Numbered from the stretch's first letter, positions 48,389 through 57,870 are shown. The stretch: DNA of 64,000 nucleotides from Polyangiaceae bacterium (GCA_016712345.1 JADJRH010000002.1:72466-136465), one strand, 5' to 3'. Program-made: numbers and translations. The notes: generated by a model not told the origin, from the sequence alone.

Positions 48389-49777
48389 ATGGTTGACGAA
48401 CGCCTGAAGAATCTGGAAGGTCGCTCTCGCCGAAACTTCCTCCGTTGGGCAACCACCGCCGGCGCGGTGTTGGCCCTAGATCGAGCCAAAGTGTTGGACG
48501 TGATTTCCGACACCGGCGGCTCCGCCCTTGCCGATGAGGGTAGCTGCGCTCTCACCATGCGCTCGGTTCATTTGGTGGCAGGCGACGGCGGGTTTGCCTG
48601 GTTCCAACTCCTCTGGCCGCATGTTGAAATCGCCCGTTCAGGCAATGGTGGGTTTGCCTACCATCGTTTCGGCGAGTCAACCAAAGCCGTCGATACCGAC
48701 AAAGACTTTGAATTTTCGCCTGAAAGTCCGTGGCAAGACATGGATAAGGGCAAGCGCATCAGCGCTTTCATGGCGGGTACAAATCAAACCCATACCCCCA
48801 CCCCGGGCTCGGCAGCTCAACTGGGTGGTGGAACAAGCATGCTTGCCGCGTGCGCAGCCATTCAGCGCGCCACACCTTCCCTCCTCCCTGTGATTGGGGT
48901 TGACCCGGTTAACTTCGGCACGGCCAAAGGTGCACCTGACATTGCCACGGTGGGTGATGCCGATGGGTTGGTTCAGCTCTTCAACAGCGCCGCTTCACGC
49001 GCGATTCTGAGCCTTCCGCAAGATGCCGCCCTGTACGAGGCGTATTACAAAGCGTTCCTCGGTCTGAACAAAGCGGCCTCGCGGCCCACCGTTCAACGCC
49101 CGCTCCGCATTGGTAAGACGAGCGCCAACTTCCTCGGTCAAAACCTTGCCAAAGATCTCGAACCGTCGGCCGACGATCTCCAACGGTTTGGAATCAACGG
49201 TGGTACACCCAACAAGCTCGCTCAAATTGGTCGCATTCTCATTACCGCTTCCAAAGCCTTCAAAAAGGGCCTTACCCAGAGCGTCATCCTACCCGCCATG
49301 CGCGACGATCCGCACGGCGCTTTCCAAGATATGAACAACCTGCGCGACACGGTTGGACTGCTTGGGAAGATGCTTGACCAGTTCTTGAAAGACCTGGCAG
49401 AAGTACAAGATCCGCTCTGTTCTACCCGTACAATCGCCGACGACGTGGTTCTCACTGTTCACGGCGATACACCAAAAGATCCGCGCGATCGCAGCGGTTG
49501 GCCCGATGGTACACCTGCCAACGCCAACTGGCTTTATGTCATGGGCAACGGTTACCTGAAAACCGGTTGGTTCGGCGGCGTGCGTGAAAACGGCAACGTT
49601 GACGGGTTTGACCCGACAACCGGCGCCAACGTCCCCGGTCAACCCGCCAATGCTACCAGCGATGCCGCAGGCGCCGCTGTCGCGTTTGCTGTGGCCAAGG
49701 GCGACATGAAACGCGTTCAAGAGTTTTATACCGGCCCCTCCATTGACGGTATCGTCAACATCAACCCCCTCCAGTAG
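48389..49777 (+). CDS. Tat-signal protein of the DUF1501/DUF1552-like (sulfatase-fold-like) family
   Basis: GGAGAA RBS then MVDERLKNLEGRSRRNFLRWATTAGAVLAL twin-arginine signal. About 460 aa. Confidence 0.6.
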   Translation: MVDERLKNLEGRSRRNFLRWATTAGAVLALDRAKVLDVISDTGGSALADEGSCALTMRSVHLVAGDGGFAWFQLLWPHVEIARSGNGGFAYHRFGESTKAVDTDKDFEFSPESPWQDMDKGKRISAFMAGTNQTHTPTPGSAAQLGGGTSMLAACAAIQRATPSLLPVIGVDPVNFGTAKGAPDIATVGDADGLVQLFNSAASRAILSLPQDAALYEAYYKAFLGLNKAASRPTVQRPLRIGKTSANFLGQNLAKDLEPSADDLQRFGINGGTPNKLAQIGRILITASKAFKKGLTQSVILPAMRDDPHGAFQDMNNLRDTVGLLGKMLDQFLKDLAEVQDPLCSTRTIADDVVLTVHGDTPKDPRDRSGWPDGTPANANWLYVMGNGYLKTGWFGGVRENGNVDGFDPTTGANVPGQPANATSDAAGAAVAFAVAKGDMKRVQEFYTGPSIDGIVNINPLQ

Positions 49778-49813
49778 TACCCAGTCCTGAAAGAAGCGGC
49801 AGAGGCCACGCCG

Positions 49814-50782
49814 ATGGCCAGGGTGTTCGCGTCCTGTTTTGCCGCTTCTGTCTGTGCGTTTTCACTTGTCGGCTGTGGTGAATCCCGGGCGAATACCCAT
49901 CAAGGCGCCGTTGTGTTTGGCATCACGTCCGACTTTCAGCCCGGGCCTGATATCGCACGTCTCCAGGCTGACCTTCAAGTGGAGGAGGGCGCCGTCAAAA
50001 CGCTTGTGTGGGCGGCTGGAAAAACGCCCGAACTAACCTTCCCATTGGAAGTGAGAGCCGAAAACGGCGCGGCCGACGCTCTTGTAACGCTCCGTTTGTC
50101 TGGGTATGAAGGGTTTGGTTCCGCCGAAATCCCCTTTGTTGAGCGAACTATTTCTACCCATTTTGTTGCAGAAAAAACGCTCCTTGCCCGCACCCATTTA
50201 GAATGGGAATGTGTACCCAATTACCACTTACCGGGCGGCGATTTGGCGCCGATCTGTAAACCACCCCTCACCTGTGTGGCTGCTGAATGTGATGACCCGT
50301 TTGTTGAACCTTCCCACTTAGAAGTGTACACACCAAACTGGTTTTCAGATTTTGCCGACGCGTGCCGACCTGAAGGTGCCGGCCCACCGGAGGTAATGGT
50401 AGGTCAGGGGCTTGAAACGTTTTCACCCCTCTCGCCAGCGGCACCCCTCATGATGGAAAAAGGCTCACAGGGCGGCTACCATGTTTGGATTGCTCTGAGG
50501 CAAAAAAATTTGCACCAAAAGGGCTCTTATACGTCCGTTTCAATAGAGCGAAACGACACGCTTGAAGAGCTTTGTGCGGTTGAAATTCCGTGGGATTTTA
50601 CCCCCATTGGAGACGGGGAGGTCGGGTGCGAGCTGGCCGGCATTCGATGTGTTGTGAGTTACGATGCTGCTGCCGCCGCCGCCCTTACCGGTAAAGAAGT
50701 GGTAGTCAAAGCAAGGGTAGTAGACCTATTGGGTGATGTGGGGTTTGGAGAGCAGGCAACCATGTTGACCCCACCTCCTTAG
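49814..50782 (+). CDS. Hypothetical secreted lipoprotein
   Basis: MARVFASCFAASVCAFSLVGCG lipobox. Its stop TAG is supplied by the MITE-B terminus (ccacctccTTAG|GTGG). Confidence 0.5.
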   Translation: MARVFASCFAASVCAFSLVGCGESRANTHQGAVVFGITSDFQPGPDIARLQADLQVEEGAVKTLVWAAGKTPELTFPLEVRAENGAADALVTLRLSGYEGFGSAEIPFVERTISTHFVAEKTLLARTHLEWECVPNYHLPGGDLAPICKPPLTCVAAECDDPFVEPSHLEVYTPNWFSDFADACRPEGAGPPEVMVGQGLETFSPLSPAAPLMMEKGSQGGYHVWIALRQKNLHQKGSYTSVSIERNDTLEELCAVEIPWDFTPIGDGEVGCELAGIRCVVSYDAAAAAALTGKEVVVKARVVDLLGDVGFGEQATMLTPPP

Positions 50783-50923
50783 GTGGCTGGTGTTTTTCTA
50801 CTGCGCGCCCCGCTGACGCGTCCTCGCTGCGCTTCCGGTGCTCAAATACGCAGAGTATGTTCCGCTCCGGGTCTCGCTCGGACGCGTGATCGGGGCTGCT
50901 CGTGACGAAAAACACCAGCCACC
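50781..50923 (-). mobile_element. MITE-like element copy B (about 141 bp), inverted relative to copy A, with the same 17-bp terminal inverted repeats
   Basis: tTA|GGTGGCTGGTGTTTTTCtactgcgcgccccgctgacgcgtcc...gggctgctcgtgacgAAAAACACCAGCCACC|TAg. The reverse complement aligns along its length with copy A, minus the 56-bp insert. The spurious ORFs 45192..46031(+) and 50706..50915(-) both begin MFFVTSSPDHASER. Confidence 0.75.
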
Positions 50924-50936
50924 TAGCACCTACCCA

Positions 50937-52637
50937 TCAGCTCTTGGCTTTTTTGCGCCTCCTTCGGGCAACACTTTGTAAGACGTTGCGCAGGTCGGTC
51001 ACGTCAAAAGGTTTTTCAATGTGCTTGTTGGGCACACTTTCGAGAAACTCGGCGGCGTGTTTGGTGAACGCTCCACCTGTCATAAATACCATGGCATCCA
51101 ACAATTCAGGCGCGTTGTGAGCTACCCACGCGTGAACCGCCATGCCCGATACCTCCGGCATCATCAGGTCGCACAAAATCGCATCAAACGTGCGGTCACT
51201 TTGCAAAACTTCAAATGCGTGTTTACCCGACTCTACAAGAGTCACATCAAAATGTTCTTCCAGGAGCACTTGCAACGTGGCGCGCAGGGTTTCTTCGTCG
51301 TCGACAACAAGAACTCGGGCCTTTTTCTCCTCATACGTGTGGGAGCGTGAACTCACGGGGTTGGGAGTGGGCCTGTCGTCACTGTTTCCAATGGGTAGGC
51401 GGAGTATAAATTCAGAACCTTTTCCAAGTTGGCTCTTGACGTCAATACTACCACCGTGGCTGCCAAGAATATCCCGGCAAATAGAGAGCCCGAGGCCAGA
51501 ACCTTGACCCTTTTGTTTGGTGGTAAAAAACGGGTCAAACAAGCGCGGCAAGTTCTCCGGCGCAATCCCATGCCCTGTGTCTGAAATAGAAACGAAGACT
51601 TCTGCACCCGACTGCCATGTTCGAATGTGAACCCGATTGCGCTCTGGAGCCCCCTCGTCAATTGCGTGCGCCGCGTTGACAAGCAGGTTGAGAAATACCT
51701 GCGATAAGCGACCTTGATTGGCTGTGATTGCCTGAATTGGTCCGAGGTCTTTTTCAACAGTGGCCCGAAATCGCAACTCGTTTGCCGCCAAATCGAGCAC
51801 TTTTTCGAGCAGGCTATTTACGTCGACTCCCGCGCGTTCATCGTTTTCAACCCGCGCAAAAGCCGTGAGGTCGCGTGCAATGCGGCCCACCTGGCGAGCC
51901 CCATCGGTGGCTGTATCCGCGCGCTGAGCGAGCATGTCAATTGTCAGAAGGGCTTTTTGCACACCGCTTCGCGCAAACAGTCGGTTGGTTTTTTCAACTC
52001 CAAGTTCAGACTCCAAGTCATCTTTGAGACGTGAAAGCGCGCCCCCGATGGAGGGCAGATCGGCGCGCAGTCGCTCCAGATTCAAGAGCACATAGGTAAT
52101 TGGATTGTTGACTTCGTGGGCGACACTCGCGGCCAGCAATCCCATGCTTGCCAATCGGTCGCGTTGGGCAAGCTCCGCCAAAAGCTGCCGCTTTTCGGAA
52201 ACGTCGGTGGCAATCGCCGCAATTGCGGAGTTGCCTTCCCATGTCACTTCTACGCCGGCTACCTCGGCCAAAAACACAGATCCGTCGCGCCGGAGCAGCC
52301 GCCGTTCACGAAAAGGTGCCGAAGCGCGCCGCTCTTGAACGTCGCGCACTCTCTGTATGCTTGAATCGCGCTCATCCGGGTGCACGAGATCAAACGAGTT
52401 CGTGCCAACCAGCTCCGCCGCCGAACTGAAACCGTGCATGCTGGCAGCAGCGTGGTTTGCGTACGCAATCTTTCCATTGCGATGCACCAGCACCGCGTCG
52501 GGCAAGGCGTCCATCAGCGCTCGAAAGCCGTGCTCCGCGTTCTTTTCGGAATGCGGCGTTTCGTCGGGGCGTTTGCCCTGGGGACTTTCGGCGGCGTTCG
52601 CCTGCCCAACCTCGTCGGTTTGGTGTGGGTTCGACAT
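50937..52637 (-). CDS. Hybrid sensor histidine kinase (PAS, HisKA, HATPase, C-terminal receiver)
   Basis: PAS LMDALPDAVLVHRNGKIAYAN. H-box ASVAHEVNNPITYV. GSGLGLSICRD. Receiver VLVVDDEETLRATL...DLMMPEVSG. Confidence 0.8.
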   Translation of the reverse strand: MSNPHQTDEVGQANAAESPQGKRPDETPHSEKNAEHGFRALMDALPDAVLVHRNGKIAYANHAAASMHGFSSAAELVGTNSFDLVHPDERDSSIQRVRDVQERRASAPFRERRLLRRDGSVFLAEVAGVEVTWEGNSAIAAIATDVSEKRQLLAELAQRDRLASMGLLAASVAHEVNNPITYVLLNLERLRADLPSIGGALSRLKDDLESELGVEKTNRLFARSGVQKALLTIDMLAQRADTATDGARQVGRIARDLTAFARVENDERAGVDVNSLLEKVLDLAANELRFRATVEKDLGPIQAITANQGRLSQVFLNLLVNAAHAIDEGAPERNRVHIRTWQSGAEVFVSISDTGHGIAPENLPRLFDPFFTTKQKGQGSGLGLSICRDILGSHGGSIDVKSQLGKGSEFILRLPIGNSDDRPTPNPVSSRSHTYEEKKARVLVVDDEETLRATLQVLLEEHFDVTLVESGKHAFEVLQSDRTFDAILCDLMMPEVSGMAVHAWVAHNAPELLDAMVFMTGGAFTKHAAEFLESVPNKHIEKPFDVTDLRNVLQSVARRRRKKAKS

Positions 52638-52759
52638 GGCCCTTCAAAACTAGTCCTAAAAGAAGCGATAAGGAATGGATGATTGCGCTCCCCGCTTTTC
52701 CGTTAGGCACGACCTTCCCCGCGCGATGAGCCGGTGCTACGCCGCGGCCCCCTTTCGTC

Positions 52760-54880
52760 ATGGCACAGTCGAGCAACGAGTCCACACCTGCCGAACAGCC
52801 TTCGCGCCTCGCACGACTCGGTGAGGCCTGCGTCTTCGGCGTATGTGTCGCCGCGCTCGCTGCGGTTCCCACCGCGCTTCGAACGAGCGCTCAAGGCGGC
52901 CATTTTTTTGACGGGTTAATCGTCGGAGATGCCGCGCTTCTGCCCATTGTCACGCTGTCGATCGTGATGTTGCGCGCCGCCGGTCGAGGTGTACGCGGAC
53001 TCATTGGGCAGGCGCCAACGCGTGTGGATGTGCTTCGGATCGCGCTGTGGATCGGCCTTGCGCTTCCCGCGCTCGCGGTGCTCGCGACGCTTCTCAAAGC
53101 CGTCACACATCACCGCGGATTGGGTGGAGCCACGTTCGGCGTGTTTGGGTTGGCGGCTGTCGCGGCATCGGCGCTCCTTGCGTACAGGCTTGTTGACATC
53201 GGTGAAAAGCTTGTCGCAAAAGGCTTTAAATCGTGGGTTTTGGCAGCGATCGGTGCAGCCATCGGAGTGGCGCCTGTGCTCGTTGTCGCCGCGCCGCTCG
53301 CAAGCTCTGAAGCGGGTGCGGTGGGCGCCGCCATTGTGGACGGGCTCATTGCTGCGATTGCCATGGCCTTGATCGTGACAGTGGATCTCGGCCCGCGATG
53401 GCGCAAAATCGCCGGAGTTTGGGGTATTCCGTTTGCGGCATTGGTGCTGATCACCGCCACCGCACGTTTGGAGGCAACGCCTTCGGTGGGTAAAGCCGTG
53501 CAGGCCGGCGGTGGGCTCGCGGCAACCCTTCTGCACGGTCTTGAAGGCTGGACAGATCGCGACGGCGACGGGGAAGGGGCACATTTCGGCGGGGCCGACT
53601 GCGATGAAGGCAACAGCGCTCGCAACACGCGTACACCTGAAATTCCGGGCGACGGCATCGATCAAAACTGTGACGGAACGGATCCCTCCGCATCGCCGGT
53701 TGTGTCCGCTCCGTCGGCTTCGGCGCAGGGATCGGTTGCTGTTGCCAACACCGCCGCGAGCGCCGCTCCAAACAGCGCTAAAAAACCCGACATTTTGTTA
53801 ATCACGCTTGACTCATTTCGATCGGATCGAATGAGCGCGTACGGCTACGAAAAACCCACAACGCCGCGCCTTGCGGAGCTTGCCAAACGCGGTGCGCTTT
53901 TTAGTCGTGTGTACGCAGCGGCCAGTGACACGCAACGAGCGTACGTGCCGATTGTAACGGGCCGGCGATATGCAAATGCGGCCCGCGACAAGCGTGAATG
54001 GCCCACACTTCTCGGCGACAACGACACGTTGGCGGAGCGACTTCATCGCTCGGGTTATGTCACCGCGGCGGTCACCTCGTTCACGTGGCTGAGCGACGAA
54101 AGAGGCTTTGATCAAGGGTTTGATCGATTTGAGACGGTGTACAAAGAGGCGCATCCCGAACGGGGCGTGACAGGGCCTTTTGCAATTCGAGCGGCTCGAA
54201 AAATCTTGAGCGACCTTTCGGATCGCGCTCAGCCGATCTTTATTTGGGTACACTTGTTTGACGCGCACGAAAAATATCAGGAGCACCGGGGCATTGATTT
54301 TGGAAAGGGGCGCGGTGCCGACTACGACGGTGAGGTCGCATTCGTCGACCAGCAGATTGGCACCCTCCTTGATGACGTTGCCAAGAGTCCGCGCGCTTCG
54401 AACATGGCTATTTTTGTGCATGGAACCAACGGCGAAGGCCTCGACGAACACGAGATCACCGGCCATTCAGGCGAGCTTTTTGAGGAGTTTTTGCGTGTTC
54501 CGCTGATTGCCGTTGTCCCAGGTGCTGCCCCGACAAAAGTGGAGCCGGCTGTGAGCATGGTTGATTTGGTGCCCACTCTGTTGGACTTGGCCGGCGCGCC
54601 CAAAGAAGGCACCGACGGTGCGTCGCTGCTACCTGCTATTCGCGGCTTGGGAGCCGTAAACGCTGGGCCCGTATTTGTTAGGTCGAAAAAGGGCGCGGCC
54701 TTGATTATGGGCGATCAAAAGCTCATGGTGATGGAGCGGAAGAAAGGAAAACTTTCCCTCCTTTTTGACCTCGCAAAAGACCCCGGTGAAAAGAAAGATC
54801 TCGCACCGGAAAAGCCCGAAGACATCGAAAAGCTGCTCAAGGTACTTTCTGACGTGGAAGGCGAAACGGTAAAAAACTGA
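52760..54880 (+). CDS. Membrane-anchored sulfatase/alkaline-phosphatase-superfamily protein (LtaS/OpgB/EptA-like architecture) with a MopE-like metal-binding motif between the TM and catalytic domains
   Basis: About 8 N-terminal TM helices. DRDGDGEGAHFGGADCDEGNSARNTRTPEIPGDGIDQNCDGTDPS. Sulfatase-fold start ILLITLDSFRSDRMSAYGY...TPRLAELAKRGALF. Lacks the canonical C/S-x-P-x-R (has SDTQR). Confidence 0.7.
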   Translation: MAQSSNESTPAEQPSRLARLGEACVFGVCVAALAAVPTALRTSAQGGHFFDGLIVGDAALLPIVTLSIVMLRAAGRGVRGLIGQAPTRVDVLRIALWIGLALPALAVLATLLKAVTHHRGLGGATFGVFGLAAVAASALLAYRLVDIGEKLVAKGFKSWVLAAIGAAIGVAPVLVVAAPLASSEAGAVGAAIVDGLIAAIAMALIVTVDLGPRWRKIAGVWGIPFAALVLITATARLEATPSVGKAVQAGGGLAATLLHGLEGWTDRDGDGEGAHFGGADCDEGNSARNTRTPEIPGDGIDQNCDGTDPSASPVVSAPSASAQGSVAVANTAASAAPNSAKKPDILLITLDSFRSDRMSAYGYEKPTTPRLAELAKRGALFSRVYAAASDTQRAYVPIVTGRRYANAARDKREWPTLLGDNDTLAERLHRSGYVTAAVTSFTWLSDERGFDQGFDRFETVYKEAHPERGVTGPFAIRAARKILSDLSDRAQPIFIWVHLFDAHEKYQEHRGIDFGKGRGADYDGEVAFVDQQIGTLLDDVAKSPRASNMAIFVHGTNGEGLDEHEITGHSGELFEEFLRVPLIAVVPGAAPTKVEPAVSMVDLVPTLLDLAGAPKEGTDGASLLPAIRGLGAVNAGPVFVRSKKGAALIMGDQKLMVMERKKGKLSLLFDLAKDPGEKKDLAPEKPEDIEKLLKVLSDVEGETVKN

Positions 54881-54946
54881 GAAAGGTACGCATCGCTTGG
54901 GACCACAATTGAGCGTCCCTACGCAGCGCGGCAAGGAACTTTCTTT

Positions 54947-56011
54947 ATGACGAATGTTGGCCCTGACCCCGGCGGCGCCTCAAATTCCCGGCGCATGAGT
55001 TTTCGCGTTGCAGCGATTGTCGGGTTTGGACTCGGCATTGTGTCGCTCGCCGCGGTTGTGAAAAGCCTCAAGGTCGATGTCGATCCTTCGCAACTCACAG
55101 CCGCGGTTGGCCCGCGGCCCCTTGCGTACACCTGGCGTTTATACAGAGATCACCACTGGCAGATTGTTGGAAGTCCCACTGAAAGCCGTGAGGCCACCGA
55201 CGCCGCCGAAGGCAATCGGGGCAATTGTTCAACCGGCATGATTGAAGTGAAGGGCAACATGAAAGTCGACCCTTCACCCAATTCTTACTACGACAAAAAG
55301 AGTATTGAAGAGGCGCAGAAGACCACTTGTACAAAGTGGATTAATCGCGAGTTTCCCGAGCGCTGCGCCGAGTTTGATCGCGACAAATGGCTTGAGATCT
55401 CCAAAGAACTCAAAACCAAACCCATGCACTTTTGTATCGACCGGTTTGAGTACCCCAATCAAAAAGGGGTATACCCGGTTATCATGGTCAACTTTCATGA
55501 ATCGCAGGCGCTTTGCGAAGAGCAGGGAAAACGCCTCTGCGATGAAGCGGAGTGGACCTTTGCCTGTGAAGGGGAAGAAGCCACACCTTACCCTTACGGG
55601 TATAGTCGCGATGCCACGGCGTGCATTATCGACCATAAATGGCGCGCGTATAACGGCGCCGCGTTTGCCGATAGGGAAGGTGAGCCCGCGCGCAACGAAC
55701 TCGACCGCTTGTGGCAGGGAAAAGCGTCAGGCACTCAACCTCGTTGTCGCAGTCCGTTCGGCGTTTACGACATGACGGGCAACGTTGACGAGTGGGCACA
55801 TACAGTTCGCGAAGGCGAGCGACCTTCCATTCTCAAAGGCGGCTATTGGGGTCCGGTGCGCACGCGATGTCGGCCGTCTACCCGCTCCCACGACGAGAAC
55901 CACACGTTTTATCAACAAGGGTTTCGATGCTGCTCAGATGCCCCCAAAAACAACCGCCGCGTCGACGCTGAAGATCCTTCCATTGCGCCGCTTCCGGGTG
56001 AGTTGAAATGA
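54947..56011 (+). CDS. FGE-sulfatase (SUMF1) domain protein with an N-terminal TM anchor
   Basis: HFCIDRFEYPNQKGVYPVIMVNFHESQALCEEQGKRLCDEAEWTFACEG and GVYDMTGNVDEWAH...KGGYWG...GFRCC. Confidence 0.75.
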   Translation: MTNVGPDPGGASNSRRMSFRVAAIVGFGLGIVSLAAVVKSLKVDVDPSQLTAAVGPRPLAYTWRLYRDHHWQIVGSPTESREATDAAEGNRGNCSTGMIEVKGNMKVDPSPNSYYDKKSIEEAQKTTCTKWINREFPERCAEFDRDKWLEISKELKTKPMHFCIDRFEYPNQKGVYPVIMVNFHESQALCEEQGKRLCDEAEWTFACEGEEATPYPYGYSRDATACIIDHKWRAYNGAAFADREGEPARNELDRLWQGKASGTQPRCRSPFGVYDMTGNVDEWAHTVREGERPSILKGGYWGPVRTRCRPSTRSHDENHTFYQQGFRCCSDAPKNNRRVDAEDPSIAPLPGELK

Positions 56012-56553
56012 CATCTCCCGCACCCGCGCGCACCGCTCGATGGCTCGACGCCGTGACGACGGTGCTTGTCACTTCAATCGTGGTTGTACTGGCCGTGGCC
56101 GTGAGTCCGTCGCTTCTTCGTGCCGGCGAAAGCGCCGCTTCGCCGCCGCGTGACTTTCCCCCGCCGGTGCATGTTGCCCATCCAAGAAGTGTACACAACT
56201 CCCACCCCAACGCGTTTCCGTTTTCCGACGACGACGGCCCTCAAGATGTGGATGAGCCGCCGGGAGCGCGCGCCGGTGCTCGGTCGCCGAACAGCCCGCT
56301 CGCAGCGCCGCCGGGTGTTCCCGGTGGAGACCGCGATGATGCCGACGACAACGATCTCGGGCTCAAGAGTGGAGTGATCACGAGGAGGCTTCAACTTCGC
56401 GACAGGGCCACTTCCGCGGTCGTTCAAGTGGTAGAACCGGGGCAAACGGTCAGCATTCTTCGCGACGACGGGCAGTGGGTATTGCTCGTTTTGCACAGAC
56501 CGGGTGATCTGGTGACGGGTTGGGCGCTTCGAAGTGAGCTTTCGCTCCGATGA
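56008..56553 (+). CDS. Membrane protein with a disordered acidic linker and a C-terminal SH3b-like domain
   Basis: ATGA overlap with the upstream gene. TM WLDAVTTVLVTSIVVVLAVAV. C-terminal VQVVEPGQTVSILRDDGQWVLLVLHRPGDLVTGWALRSEL. Confidence 0.45.
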   Translation: MTSPAPARTARWLDAVTTVLVTSIVVVLAVAVSPSLLRAGESAASPPRDFPPPVHVAHPRSVHNSHPNAFPFSDDDGPQDVDEPPGARAGARSPNSPLAAPPGVPGGDRDDADDNDLGLKSGVITRRLQLRDRATSAVVQVVEPGQTVSILRDDGQWVLLVLHRPGDLVTGWALRSELSLR

Positions 56554-57806
56554 ACTTCACAAAAAACGCTCGTTCTTACAGGGGTCGCGTATTAACAACG
56601 CGCCCAGAACAGAGTGTATTCAAAACGCACCTTGAAGAAGACGGCGTTGTTGTTGTGGGCGCAGACGGAACCATTCTGTTTGTGGGTCCGTACTCAAACA
56701 ACGTTCCACACCCGGTTGTGGATTTTCATCCGCACGTGATTACCCCCGGATTTGCCGACGTTCATGTGCACTATCCCCAAACGCGCGTGATGGGTAGGGC
56801 CACGGGGCCTCTTCTTGATTGGCTTTCAAACACTGTGTTTCCAGAAGAGTCCAAGTTTGTTGACTCCGCTTATGCCGACAAAGTTGCCAATGAGTTTTAT
56901 GCGCACTTAATTGCCTCGGGGACAACCTGCGCCGGCATTTATGCAACATCGTCAAAAAGCGCTACTCAAACAGCCATTCAACACGCATTGAACGTGGGTA
57001 TTGCGGCTCAGGTGGGCCTTGTTTTAATGGATCGCGGCGCCCCGGACGCGCTTGTTGTTTCTCGTGAACAGGCACTCTCCGATTTGGCCCAATTGCTGAA
57101 TTTCACCGCTGGAAACGAGCGGGTAAAACTGGCCGTCACGCCGCGTTTTGCACTGAGTTGTACACCTGAATTGCTGCGTGAAGCGGGCCATTTTGCGGCT
57201 CAAAACAAGCTTCTTGTGCAAACCCACCTTTCTGAAAACGTGGAAGAATGCCGGGCAACACTCGCGGCATTTCCAGGGTGCGCCGACTATTTGTCGGTGT
57301 ATGAATCGGCGGGTCTTGTTCACGATCAGGCCTTGTTTGCGCACGCTATCCATTTATCTGACAGTGAGGTTGAAAGAATGGCGCGGGCGGGGGCCAAAGT
57401 GGCTCATTGTCCCGATTCAAACCTGTTTTTGGGCAGCGGAACAATGCTCCTTCGCGCGCTCCTCTCGGCTGGAATCAAAGTGGGTTTGGGCAGTGACGTG
57501 GCGGCGGGCCGAACCTTTGATATGCGCCGCATTGCGGCCTCGGCCTACGACGTGGCGCTCCTTCAAAAAGCGCCCGTTTCCCTCGAAGAGTTGTTTGCTC
57601 TTCTCACGTTCGGCGGCGCTCAAGTGCTCGGTTTTGGTGACACGAGGGGAGCGCTCACGGCAGGTAGAATGGGCGACTTCTTGGTGATCGACGTGCCTGA
57701 ATACACGCGCCAAAAAAGCGACATTCTGGGACAACTGCTTTTTGCAAGTGACACTTGCAAAGTGATTCGAACCTATTTGAGTGGCAAAAAGCCCAATCTG
57801 CCCTGA
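56550..57806 (+). CDS. guaD: Guanine deaminase (amidohydrolase superfamily)
   Basis: PGFADVHVHYPQTRVMG matches the guanine deaminase metal-binding HxH block. About 418 aa. 4-bp overlap with the upstream gene. Confidence 0.75.
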   Translation: MNFTKNARSYRGRVLTTRPEQSVFKTHLEEDGVVVVGADGTILFVGPYSNNVPHPVVDFHPHVITPGFADVHVHYPQTRVMGRATGPLLDWLSNTVFPEESKFVDSAYADKVANEFYAHLIASGTTCAGIYATSSKSATQTAIQHALNVGIAAQVGLVLMDRGAPDALVVSREQALSDLAQLLNFTAGNERVKLAVTPRFALSCTPELLREAGHFAAQNKLLVQTHLSENVEECRATLAAFPGCADYLSVYESAGLVHDQALFAHAIHLSDSEVERMARAGAKVAHCPDSNLFLGSGTMLLRALLSAGIKVGLGSDVAAGRTFDMRRIAASAYDVALLQKAPVSLEELFALLTFGGAQVLGFGDTRGALTAGRMGDFLVIDVPEYTRQKSDILGQLLFASDTCKVIRTYLSGKKPNLP

Positions 57807-57870
57807 CAAGTCTATAACTTCAGCCGCCTCGCAACGACCTGAAATGCCCTGCCACCTGACGCGTCGTAAT

